A DNA stretch of 64,000 nt, taken from Phoronis australis. Lineage: Eukaryota > Animalia > Phoronida. The stretch covers positions 62,255 to 126,254 of the forward strand of contig NMRA01000122.1 of the NCBI GenBank assembly GCA_002633005.1, read 5' to 3'. The notes beneath the pieces are model-generated. The model worked only from the letters and a program-made list of their open reading frames with translations, made no database searches and was not told the DNA's origin. Below, in pieces: positions 44,788 to 56,469 of this stretch. Position 1 is the first letter of the stretch. The number at the start of each line of letters is the position of its first letter. The position numbers and the translations under genes are program-made.

Positions 44788-46389
44788 TTGTAATATGTTG
44801 TTCGGAGATTGGATGAGTAGTTCCCCAGTGCATCACACATACGGAATATTTCTGAAAACGGAATATCACTCTTCCCGGTACTAGGAACGCTTTGTTTTTA
44901 CTATGCCATGCACTACATGCACATACCGTTATAGGATAGTGAGCCATTATAGGTCGAGGCGCTTGAGCGCTAAAAACGGTAGTCGCCCTTTACCGTTCAT
45001 ACGAAGAACACACACATACGGGAGCGTTTGTACCGCATGGGCGGTTCCAATGCAGTACTGGGATACAAATCGTTCGCACAGATTTGAACAAACATAGTAA
45101 CTTCACCGTCAGATGTATCTCATAAAGCTACTCTTGGAAAGCGTACTTTCGTTCTGAATTTCCGTGTTAAGAAATTTCATGAGAGGGGGTTCTTATTTGT
45201 CTTCTTGAGTTTGTCCGACTTCTGTCCAAGTTGTGAAACGCGACGTCATTTTACCACATTGTGGTAATGTAAAAAAATTTACTTCTACTTTCAACATGTA
45301 AACAAATAACATCTCTAGAGTCCCAAATGTAATGACACTCTAGTTTGAATAAGCATTTTAACTGGGAGCAGAAATTTTCTTGAAAAAGTCGTTTGAAAAC
45401 GATATTTGAATTCTGTGTATGGTTTTGCCCATTTCTCCACACTAAGAACATGCAAGGAACTTTGCTTGATTTGTAACCGTATCCAGTGTATGTGGGTATT
45501 TAGGCACACGCGCCAATATCCGAACTAATGCATTTTTCAAAGAAATTTGTTTTCGCATGAGTTTCGCATATCGGCGCATGCTCCAAGTTTCGATTCTATG
45601 CGCAAGTGGGTGTCTTTTGTTGAGGCTCACACCTTGCTGTAGATACACGTAAATGCACACAGATTGTCCTTGACAAAAGCGAACTTCCGTGAACGTGCAA
45701 AACATTTTATGTGAGTTGATTTGATTGCTGCAATCCTAATTATAATTCAAATAATACCAAATTCTTTTTATGATATGTGAATTTCTTTGTAACTAAGTAG
45801 GAATGCCAGCTAACAGCTCAGACCAGTGACTTATTGTATGGCAAAAGTGGTTTTAAAGTTTTTATCTTAGTTCGTAAATTGTGAAACATTGCATACATTA
45901 ATTAAACTGGATCTGAGTATTGTAAACGTTTGAAAGGAATTAAAAAAGATGTTTGCGTGACTTGAACCATTTAATGAAACGTCACCAGTGAAAATGCCCC
46001 AAGAGTTTTCATCGGAAAACAACGCAAGTGTTTGATATGTGCAGACTGAATACGTGCACATGCAGGGCGTCTGGGTGTTTTATGCGGTTCTCATATAGGG
46101 GCATGCGCCCAATTCCGGAATAAGCGCATGACGGGGCCTAAATGTTCGCATATACTGCAATGGGGAGAAAAAACAGTGATGAGTGGCGACGCATATCAGC
46201 TTGTAAGCAGCCCTTCATCGATGTTGAGTAATGGGAGTGAATACAATTCCAGTTCGTCATCAGCCAGTGACATGCTAACTTGATTTATTTTTGGTAAATG
46301 ATACTCGGTTTTGTCTTGTGTGTAGAAAAATTACTGTGTTGTGCTGACGGCCGGCCTGAAACTAGGGATCATTCAATGTGTGCCTGACA

Positions 46390-46870
46390 ACTATGTTACC
46401 AGCTATGGTGCGACACAATACACTGTTTTTGTCCATCAAATGCACTTACACGTTGAGAAGCTTTCATAAAATCTCCATCTCTGCGAAAGGTCGAAGCCCA
46501 CAGTGGTATCTTGACTGATCGCTTGCTCCACCGTGTATCGCAATACCCGGCGTACAAATCTGTGCCAGTTCTGAGCGATCTCGGGATCTTATGGAAACAC
46601 AAAAACTGAAATATTGTCAGCTCGATTGCTATTACTACATCCTCCGCACACTCATATTTTCATAATACTCGTCTCAGACAATTTTTAACTCTTTTCGAGA
46701 ACACTCCACCTTAAGACTGGTGTAAAACAACACAATAGCGGAGACCGGATTTCCACTGATGACAACAAACAATTTTTTATTTTTCAATTTTGGTATTTAT
46801 TTCATGATTGCAGATGCACAAATTGAAGAGAAAATACTTAAAATATCATACCAAAATTGTTGGTAGCCTA
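46390..46870 (-). mobile_element. THAP-domain transposon remnant, copy 1
   Basis: Minus strand CGGCSNSNRADNISVFVFP*DPEIAQNW (THAP N-terminus). Direct-repeat homology with 47830-48280. Confidence 0.55.
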
Positions 46871-47829
46871 TTTCAAGCACTTATGGTCATAGTGCGAAGG
46901 GTTTAAAGCGTTCCCACGATAGATGTTTGCACTTTATGTGATTTTAGATCGTGTATAAAAACTTTATCACATAAATCTAACTAAAAACACGTGTTTTGGG
47001 AAATGATTGAGAAATTTTGAGTTTTCAAGAAAAAATTCATTGATTTTTTCCTGCCACGTGATGACATCAGTGGAAGATGTTGATCAGTTGACAGCATATA
47101 TGCAATGGTGGATAATGATTTTGTAATTTACACAGACTTAGAGAGCGAGCTTGACGAGTGTTAAGGAGAGGTAGGTATGGAGATGAAGGTGAAGACAACA
47201 CTCTGGCCATATTGGCAGACTTTTCGTGTTTGAGGCCGTACCAAATCGAACTTCCCGCACCGGCGTCTTCGGCGAGTGAAGTCTAGTCGGAGCCTACTCA
47301 GTCTCCGGCCGTCATGATTGAAGAGCTGATATTTCTAAGTGGTAATTATAGCCTTAAACTAAACCACAATTTAATTTTCTAACCGATTTAGTGTCAAACT
47401 GTAAGTTTTTACATTGACTGTCTAAGCCCAATCTCGAAAAGCGGTCAAATTGATTTTATTGCTTCGAAGGCCGAGTGCGTTTGTTAGGAACCATCATATT
47501 TAATTGTGATGGTTACTGGATTTTATTTCTATCAAAAAATTATAAAACCTTAGCTAGATTATGATTCGTCAGTTATTTTGTTCCAGTGCCCGACTCTAGC
47601 TTCCGACTGTGCCGGCTGCAGTCGTGATCTCAAACTGTTTTCCTGGCATCTGTATGCATGCCATTTTCTACGATTGAGGTTTGACATCTATGCAGATAGC
47701 ATGCATTTCCACAAAATCTTGAGCAAGAATACATTGTCACAATTTCAAACTGAGGATGATGATGCTCAATGGACCTAGGTGCCTAACAACGACTTTCGCA
47801 GCAATGGTACAACAAAAAGGACTATTTTT

Positions 47830-48280
47830 GCATTTTTACGCTGGAGAAACCTTTATCAAATCTTCGTTTCTGTGACTGGTTGAAGCACGATTCTTTAAAA
47901 TGGGCCAAGTACAGCGTATCCATGAACTGACGAGTTGCTCCACCGTGTACTGCCATACCCGCGTCCGATGAAGCATGTCAGAACGTATATCATTTCTGGG
48001 CAATCCTAAGGTCTTCTTGAAACACAAATACTGAAATATTGTTTGTCCGATTGCTATTACTGCATCCTCCGCGCACGCACATTTTCATAATACTAGTCAC
48101 AGGCAATATGTTTTCGAAACTATTCTGACTTACTGTTGGTGTAGAACAACACAATGGCAGAGACCGGACGTCAGACAAAACTTGTAATATTTCTAACTTT
48201 TGCGTTTATTTCTTGATTACAAGTATACAAATTGAAGAAAAAATATTTAAAATATGATACCAAAGTTGTTGGTAACCGAA
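47830..48280 (-). mobile_element. THAP-domain transposon remnant, copy 2
   Basis: MKMCVRGGCSNSNRTNNISVFVFQED (THAP C-x4-C start). Homologous to 46390-46870. Confidence 0.55.
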
Positions 48281-48701
48281 CCGTGTTGTCCGTACAAACT
48301 CTCTATGCCCGGACTTCTCATGATTTAGAGAACTGAAGCAATTTATGGTGGTGCTGACTAGTGCATCTTTGTGACACGATCCATTTTTTTTCTGCAGTCT
48401 TAGATTTACTGCAAACCTTTCAGAGTAGTTTTGCATTCCCTAGAAAGTCGCATTTGTAGATAGTATTTCACTTAAGAAATATCGTGCATATAACCAACAT
48501 GTCGTTCCAATTAATTTATTGATATATATTTGAGTACTTTTCTCTTTTTTATTTAAAACTTCACCGAGACAGGGGATGTCGATGACTAGTTTCAGTGTTC
48601 ATTTTCAATACTAAGAGTACCTGGTTTAATTTAGCCACTGATGTTCTTGCTTATCATGGGTCTCGGTAACTTTTTCCACGGGTTCTGAATATATTCACTC
48701 A

Positions 48702-51700
48702 TCAACTTGACGGAGTTGCAGTAGTGGCGTTTGTGTTCGGCGGACTTGTCGGTGGAGGTGGCGGAGGAGGACATACTGCGCCTACAACTTTGAAAGCTGC
48801 AGTCACGTCAGCCTTGCTAAAACCTTCGTCTTCGGCGGCAGACTCTACCCCGCAAACGCCGTCATTGAAGTTAGTGGTTGTATCCCAGTATCTTTGGTTG
48901 GCCCGTGCGAACACGATAAATCCCTTTTTTATATCCCATCCCGGTTTATGGACAAGAACGCAAAAAGCTTTATTGTATATACCACTGCTAAAATGGCCAT
49001 TCATTCCCGCCTGCCAGTTACTCACGTGATCTATGGATATTTTGTCTGCTGTTGGAAGACACAAATCTCGAAGTGCATATCCTTTTTGCCGGAATATCTC
49101 GTAGCCAATTTGGAAGTCGTTTCGGCCGTAAATATGATGTTCGATAACTTCACCTACGATGTCTGAATATGATTCGCTTATTCCGTGTGCTTGTCCCTTG
49201 TTTTCTAAATTCGAATGTAATTCAGTAAATCCATGCGCAGTCTCGTGCGCTAAGACGTCAGCAGAGACCAGAGGGTAAAATGTGTTGTTACCGTCTCCGA
49301 AGAACAAATAGCCGTTATAGTAAAATGCGTTCTCATATTCTTTACCAAAGTGACAGAACAAGTGAAGAGAATGTTTGAGAGGAGGTTCGTTGAGATACTT
49401 CATGAATGCCTCGTGAGTTTTGCCGCCCAAAAAGTGCGCATCACTGAGAGGAGACGCCGCGCCGTTTTTAGCATCCTCGAAGCCGTCGCTGCATTTGAAT
49501 TCTTTGGGATCATATGGTAATGTCCAATTTCCCTGCATGTCGTACGTCTTAACATTTGCATTTTGCAAGCTACACTCAGTTCCATTCAAATCTGTAACAG
49601 CCGATAGTGGCGGGAATATCTCGTGTTTTCCATACTTCCACATTCCAATCTGGAAAACAAATGTTTTTATTGCATGATTTGTACAGACTTTGTAGAGTGT
49701 TGCGAGATGGAGTATGTCAATGGAACAGAATTTTGGAAATCCCTAGTGTGCATTGCGCAATGCTATCATAAAAACAAATCGTTTAGTCGTGTACTTGAGT
49801 TTGAAGCAGTACTTATATAGTACTTACAGTTTGTCTTTGAAATTTGTCAATAATTGTTATAATGATTACGTTATATGGCGAATGATTTAGAACGAAGTCC
49901 TGTCCACATACAGACTTGCCCTAGAATAACTTGCACATGTGCAACTTGCCCCACTTTAAGCGGAGTGTCCACACACATGTACCCGATACCTTGCGCAATA
50001 AGGCGTAAGATATTACTTTGCGCATGACAATGAACAGCTCATTCGAAAAAAGACCCGAGTGTGTGTATTTGCGTTAGAAGTGCAAGTTACCCTAAAACAA
50101 GTTACAGTATCTCGATATGGTGGAGTAAGGTGTCTCGTGTGTTCAAATTGCACTAGATTTAACAGCGTCCAGAAAACCCCCACACCTATCGACAACTCAC
50201 GTTCCAGGAGTAACTTGTTTTAGGTTAAATTTATGATTTGAGGGTACTCTTTAGACCACACAATGACATAAGGAGCGAAGTAGAAACTCATTCCCAGTGG
50301 TCGTCATGTTCCTAAACCTCCACACGTCTTTACACCAGCTTCCTGTTCCAAAACAAACTCTTCGAATAAACCCTAGGCAATCGATGACACATTTTGTCTC
50401 CCATATTTAAAAAGGTCAACCCATTTTGGTTGATTCCAAATTCATTTAGTGCCTATGATAAATGACGAGAAAGCTGGTGATAAATAGTGAACCAGCTGAT
50501 GATAAATTGTGAGCCAGCTGATGATAAATGATAAGCCAGCTGGTGATAAATGATGATCAGGCTGATGATAAATGGTGACCCAGCTGATGATAAATGGTGA
50601 GCCAGGTGATGATAAATAGTGAGCCAGCTGATGATAAATGGTGAGCCAGCTGATGATAAATGGTGAGCCAGCTGATGATAAATGGTGAGCCAGCTGATGA
50701 TAAATGATAAGCCAGCTGGTGATAAATGATGAGCAGGCTGATGATAAATGGTGAGCCAGCTGATGATAAATGGTGAGCCAGGTGATGATAAATGGTGAGC
50801 CAGCTGATGATAAATGGTGAGCCAGCTGGTGTTAAATAATCATCATCCATAGCTGCACCATTCTTAGATCATTGTTCAAAGATAGGACCTTCATAAACCA
50901 TCACGAAAATTATATCAAACGTTAATATGAATTCTTATGGCCCATTTGTAATATATCATACAGCTCATAGAAATTCAAAGAATTGGGTGATACCAATTCA
51001 TATAAAATCTTTTATAATAAATTATGATCAACTACAATTGTCTGTCTGCATAAAAACGTCCATAGATGGCTTACACAGCATACTTATGATCGTGTTTATT
51101 GCTGTACAGTATTTTACATATTCATATGCATGTATTATACATGTAGATATACATGGAGTATACATGCGCATATACAGTGAGTATACATGAATTTTCCATA
51201 TACATGTATACATGTAGTACATGTACATAATGATATAGCTTGCATGTGCATGTATCTTTGAATATATTCATCAAATCATTTATTTGTCTTACTGAACGTT
51301 TTTAGTTTTGTCTATTAAATCGAATATTCTTTGTGGATTTGCCACCCACTCGCCTTTCAAATTGAGAACACCAGATAACAGGTACACCCAGAGTGCGCGT
51401 GAGGGCGATAATGAGTACATCCCGGTCCGCAGCAACTGTGTGGCATTTTGACTGACTCGTAAACAAAGCAAACTACGACCGAACTTATCACAACCGAGGA
51501 AGAACAATGACTGAATCGATATGCTCACACAGTTAGGCTATATGAAAACAAATCTGGCCTGAACTTCTTGACTCCCTCAACGTCACTTCCGGAGTAGGGC
51601 ACGAGTAATTAATTAAATTACAAAAAGCTGTAATTAACTGAAAAATATGTCTGGGATAATCAACGAACCTCATTTTTACTAAAAATGACATAAAAAGATT

Positions 51701-53182
51701 GCCTCCACCTTTAACGTTTGATGCACAGTGAGCAGCGGTGGAGAATTTTGTGCACACTGACCATAAAATCATATTACCTTCTCATTTCCTCCAACACTGT
51801 TTACGTGGCGCTGATATATGAACCTTCCGATGTTTGATAGACCTTCCCAGGAGTCGATAATTTTGCCATTTTTGGCGTCGACAATGCAAACAGGTCGTGT
51901 CACAGTTTTGGGCGACGAAATGAAATAGTTTACCTTGTAAACTAGACGATTTTTATAATGTCCATGCGTTTTGTAACCTGAAAATCGAGATTTTAGAAAT
52001 TGTATTGCATTAGAGGTTAACAAGCAGGGCTAACAAGATAATGGCCCCAATAGACACCATGCTTGTGAACTCACCTCAACAAATATTGGCTATTCTCTGG
52101 ACGTCAAGACGTCCGTCCACCCTTGTCGTCTGCAACTTTGTCCCATGTTAGCTGTAGTCGTCAATGAGCACCATCCCTCCTCTAGTTGATCTGGGAGTTC
52201 CAATTCTTTCCATCGTCAAATGGTTTCGTCCAGTTTATGGTAGTAAACAAATGTTAGCCCCAATATCTCACTAAATATCGGTTACTGGTCCCCTTTTCTG
52301 ATCGTCAAACGTCGATTCCCCTTTTGGATCGTCAAGAAATTTTATCACCACTCTGAACGCCAGTAAACCCTGTTGCTCTGGTCGTCAACAAGTGTTGTCC
52401 TTGATCTGGCAATCTACAAGCCTCTTCCCTCGTTTGATCGTCTTCATCTCCGCTCTCCTCTGTTTGTCAACAATTATCGTCCCTGCTCTATTCGTTGAAA
52501 GCCCCGTTCTTCATCTGGTCACCAACAGAATCTTATCCATAACTGGTCAGTTTTACTAGAGCTCACAAACCATGTCACAAAATTCGGTGCTCTCAAAAGT
52601 TTTGACAGCTTAAGATAGTTGTCGTGGTTCACCTTGTCACTATGATATAACATGAGCTAGTGGCATTAGTTGATCGCTTAACTCTAAGTGAATATTGTGC
52701 TGAACTGAATTTGTGCAACACAAAATTGTGAAACCATCGATGCAGAAATAAAAACCTCTTATCAGCTCCATATTGTGAGTTTCATTCCTTAAAACGGATA
52801 GGAAATCGCTGTCCGTCCATTTCAAAATTGGGTCTCAAATTGATGCTTTGGGTTATCAGAACTGAGAGTTCGTTATTACCTATAAAGCCAGGCTTTCCAG
52901 GTTGACTTGTCACGGTGTGTCTTTTTTATTCGCCAAGCATGGTCTAGAGCATCAACCTACTGGCAGTTCTTTACAGTACGGAACAAGGTTAGTTTCTTCA
53001 ACGGAGCGCTGAAGCTATTGCTGCTTTGAATGCACAAAGTCTGCCAAAGTCAGTGTAAACCGCTGATTTTTGTCCTTGTGCGTGCGTGTGTGAGTGTGCA
53101 TGTGTGTGTGTGCGTGTGTGTGAGTGTGCGTGTGTGAGTGTGTGTGTGTACGTGCGCGTGTGTCTGTGTGTGCGTGTGTGTN

Positions 53183-53225
<43 letters not shown>

Positions 53226-56200
53226 ATGTGTTTGTATACATAACAGCGCAAAAGCTGACAACCGACTGTTCGAAGTTGTGTTCATCAGAGGGAAGATCAG
53301 TGACGGTACCGTTCTATAACTAATGTTTCATTTTTTTCCATTTTCGTCTACGACACACGTGCGTATTTGAAAATATGAAAGTCCGCTTTAGTTGTCAACA
53401 AATTAAGTCCGTCGTCTGGTGATAATTGAGCCACGTCCCTCTTTTGATCGTCAATATTGCAACTTGCGTTCCTCCTCAGGTTGTCCACAAGTTACATGTA
53501 CGTTCCTCCAGGCTTAAATGGCAAGACACGAGCCAGTTCCACGTATTTAGCTGACTGCACAGATGCTCTGTTCAAATACACACAGATATGGGCTGGGTTC
53601 CAAGGAGCAGTTTTTGCAAGTAAAGAGCTATCACAAAGATCTTCGTTACGTGACTTTCTTCATTATATGAGAAGACCGTGGTCACAACAGGATAGAGTTT
53701 CGTAGGGGCAAGAACCTCGTTAAGGAAGCTAGTGTGATCACGTGCTTCGCTTGCAATGCATGGCGGAGACCTCGCGAAGACTTGGCAGTTATTGCTTTCT
53801 CACAAGAAACTAGATCTACCGAACGCACGCATGTTTTCACTCCAGAATGTTTTGTGTTGCTGAACGGGCAGAGGATAGTGATTTCAGTGCCATAGGGTAT
53901 TTTACACGGGGATGAACATTCGTTCTAGGCGTTCATCGTTGCACCTCTTATATTTAAACATAATAAAAACAGGCTACCCACACAAACAGCTCACTCTGTA
54001 TTTATGATCATAGCTCCTCACTTATGAACACAACTCACAAAAACGTGTCTGCACGAACAAAACACTTACTATGCGCCCAAAAAGCATGCCCCACACACAG
54101 GCTCTCGTCCAATCACAAAACATGTGAAGTCAGCAGTGTTCATAAAGTGTAAGTGAGGGGTTACATGTACGAGTACACTATACTAATCAAAATTGGTGGC
54201 TGTATAAATTAAATAGACCATACCTGGGTGAATAAACAGCTCGATTGAAAAATCATCGACTCGCATTCGTCTGTGACCATTTTTTCGTTTACATTTACGA
54301 AGCGCCTTCATCTTGGGTACTTTTGGTCTTACATCACCTGTAGGAATCCAACCGGTTCAATATCGAACATAATTTTATTCAACAAGAGAATCCAGCAGAA
54401 GTTTTGAAATCAGACTTTCAGATGAGTTTGAACTATTTTCAGCTTTTCATGTTCTAAAAGTTATTTTAACACTGACACTAACTAAGTTTCAGTGGCGAAT
54501 TTAAGAGGGGGCAAAGGTTGTCATGGATCAGGGGGGAGGCAAATGTCTGAGAGGCAAAACCCTGGCTAATATTCTGCCCTACCCCCCCGCTCAAAATCCG
54601 GGATCCTCCTTTGTCAACAGACGTTTTCAGTTAACATAACCCTGGTGTGTTGCGTACAGATGGTTACGCTCGATTCCGGGACTCACCTGACTTACGCAGG
54701 TTTAGACAGGTCAACCAGTTAGAGCATCTGATTGGTTTGTGAGTAGGAGTAGTCCTCCTCGGGAACCAATCAGGACCCGGTGCGTCTTGCTGAGGCAAGA
54801 CACTTGCGAAAAAGGAAAGAGAAGAAGAACGAGTATGCGCGGGATTTTACTAGCCTACCCAAGCAAAATGGCGATCAATTAAGTATCATTGATGTCTGAT
54901 TGATGAGTTTGGAATGTCGAAATACGGAATAAAATTCACTGTTTTTGTGCAATACGTGAAAGTTTTTCGCCACAGTGTCTTGCGACTATGGAACGCAGCC
55001 TACTCTGGATGGTTAACCCGTTTGACCCAACATACGCCAAGTCCAACCAAAAATGCATTTGTATTCACTCATTTTCAACAAAGATCTGAAATGAACATAG
55101 CCCTTCACACACTTTATGAACGTAAAGTGTTGCATGAAACAGTCACAAATAAGGACTCAAATAAGTTGTCTAATTTTTTTACCTATTTGTGTCTTTGTTC
55201 ACTCACAGATTTAATCTCTTTACTATCATTTCATCTTTATTGTGAGCTCCTTTTTAACTAATTACATTTTTAATGATATAACTAAAAACTAATCCCTGAT
55301 TCAATGAAAATAGATAGGGACTTAGTCGTTGCATGAAAAGATCCCGCTAAATTTTCGATTGCATTGAGAATTAAACATACGTCGAGGTTACTCTCGATTT
55401 GTATCAAAGCCAACAGTTGACTTGGTAACGAAACTAAAACAGCATAAGAAAGGACAATCGGTGTTTTCATAAGTCCACAAATACACGGTAGATTTAGGGA
55501 ACATATTTTAGCAACTATCTGGGACTGTTTCATGCAACCAAGCATCCCCACCTTTCAAGTCCTTAGTTAAACGTCTGGCGGCGAAGCCCGCAGCGTCACC
55601 AGTGAAAGCACCCGCCTCTGTTTCGGCAACGATTGACGATCCATAAATGGGAACATTTTTATACTTCAGTTCTAGTCGAGCCTGAAGCAACATACATATG
55701 GTTTATACCAACACTTGTGTACTTTTAACTCCTGTATCTCCCGTTGACAAGAGCGCAAGGTGATGTAGGTGATGTAATTAGTCTTTGACAATAGTTAACT
55801 CCCGTATGTGGAGCCTGCAAAACTTGTAATAGATCACGTGAAATGTAAAACAATTGGACATTGAGCATAATTGTAATTGGACTAATTTATTGGCGTGAGC
55901 ACATTTTTGCCACTGTAGTAAACCAGCTCATTTTTTAACCCTGCTTTCCGCTCACCAGCCAACAATGCAATTTCAAAAATGTTTTGTAAATTACGAATAA
56001 TACAAACCCACAGATATGCTTTCTGACAATGCTATAAATCAATTAGTTTGTTTGGATCAGATTCTAGTCACCTTTTTCTTTCCTCTTTTTGTCTTGAAAC
56101 GAGTACGTTCAAACAACTCTTCGTCTTTTTCCATACCAAGTTCAAATTTAAATCGATTCCTCGTTAGGCGAACCCTCTTCCGATTTTTTTTAATTCGTTC

Positions 56201-56469
56201 TTGACTTGTCTCTTCGACTTTTCCCTTTCTCGCTTTGCCTTCATACAAAACTTCCATAAACTTTTTATTTGCTTTCTGTGTTTTTTTTCTTGACTTCTGC
56301 CATCTCTCTATAGATCCCTGTATGGTATCATGCAATCTTTCTTTAGATTCAAATTTGAATTTTTGCAGCCTGCCTATTTCATCCTGCTTGCCCGCGCGTA
56401 CTCCATTCAGTCTCACTTTTGCTTTCGTTTTCCCCGTTATTGCAGCCACCGTGCATAAACATGACACCA
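48702..56469 (-). CDS. M4 zinc metalloprotease preproprotein, paralog 2 (5' end not located); exons 56469-56072, 55681-55552, 54337-54224, 51977-51778, 49649-48702
   Basis: GT-AG junctions with the same phases as paralog 1. ARLELKYKNVPIYGSSIV (FTP), ELFIHPG, RLVYKVNY...CIVDAKNGKII (PepSY), GGNEK/IG, SPLSDAHF, YENAFY, FFGDG, YPLVSADVLAHETAHGFT, GISESYSD, HFSSGIYNKAF, PGWDIKKGF.VFARANQRYW, CGVESAA, VTAAFKVVGAVC. Confidence 0.92.
50468..50830. repeat. 22-bp minisatellite (~16 copies) in an intron of M4 paralog 2
   Basis: Unit gagccagctgatgataaatggt, repeated head-to-tail with minor variants. Confidence 0.95.
51370..51713 (-). mobile_element. Left end of the Kolobok-like family, inverted
   Basis: Reverse complement matches 42361-42690 (TIR plus gtgagc...gtcattgtt...gttgtgataagttc) and ends at TTAA. 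Confidence 0.75.
53077..53232. repeat. (TG)n microsatellite
   Basis: Directly visible. Confidence 0.98.

Noticed and set aside
50468-50830. CRISPR-like array, or the 97-aa repetitive ORF 50557-50850
   Set aside because: Head-to-tail 22-bp units with no unique spacers and no cas genes. The unit is not a multiple of 3. It is an intronic minisatellite.
52998-53323. HT/CV-repeat ORFs
   Set aside because: Translations of a (TG)n microsatellite.
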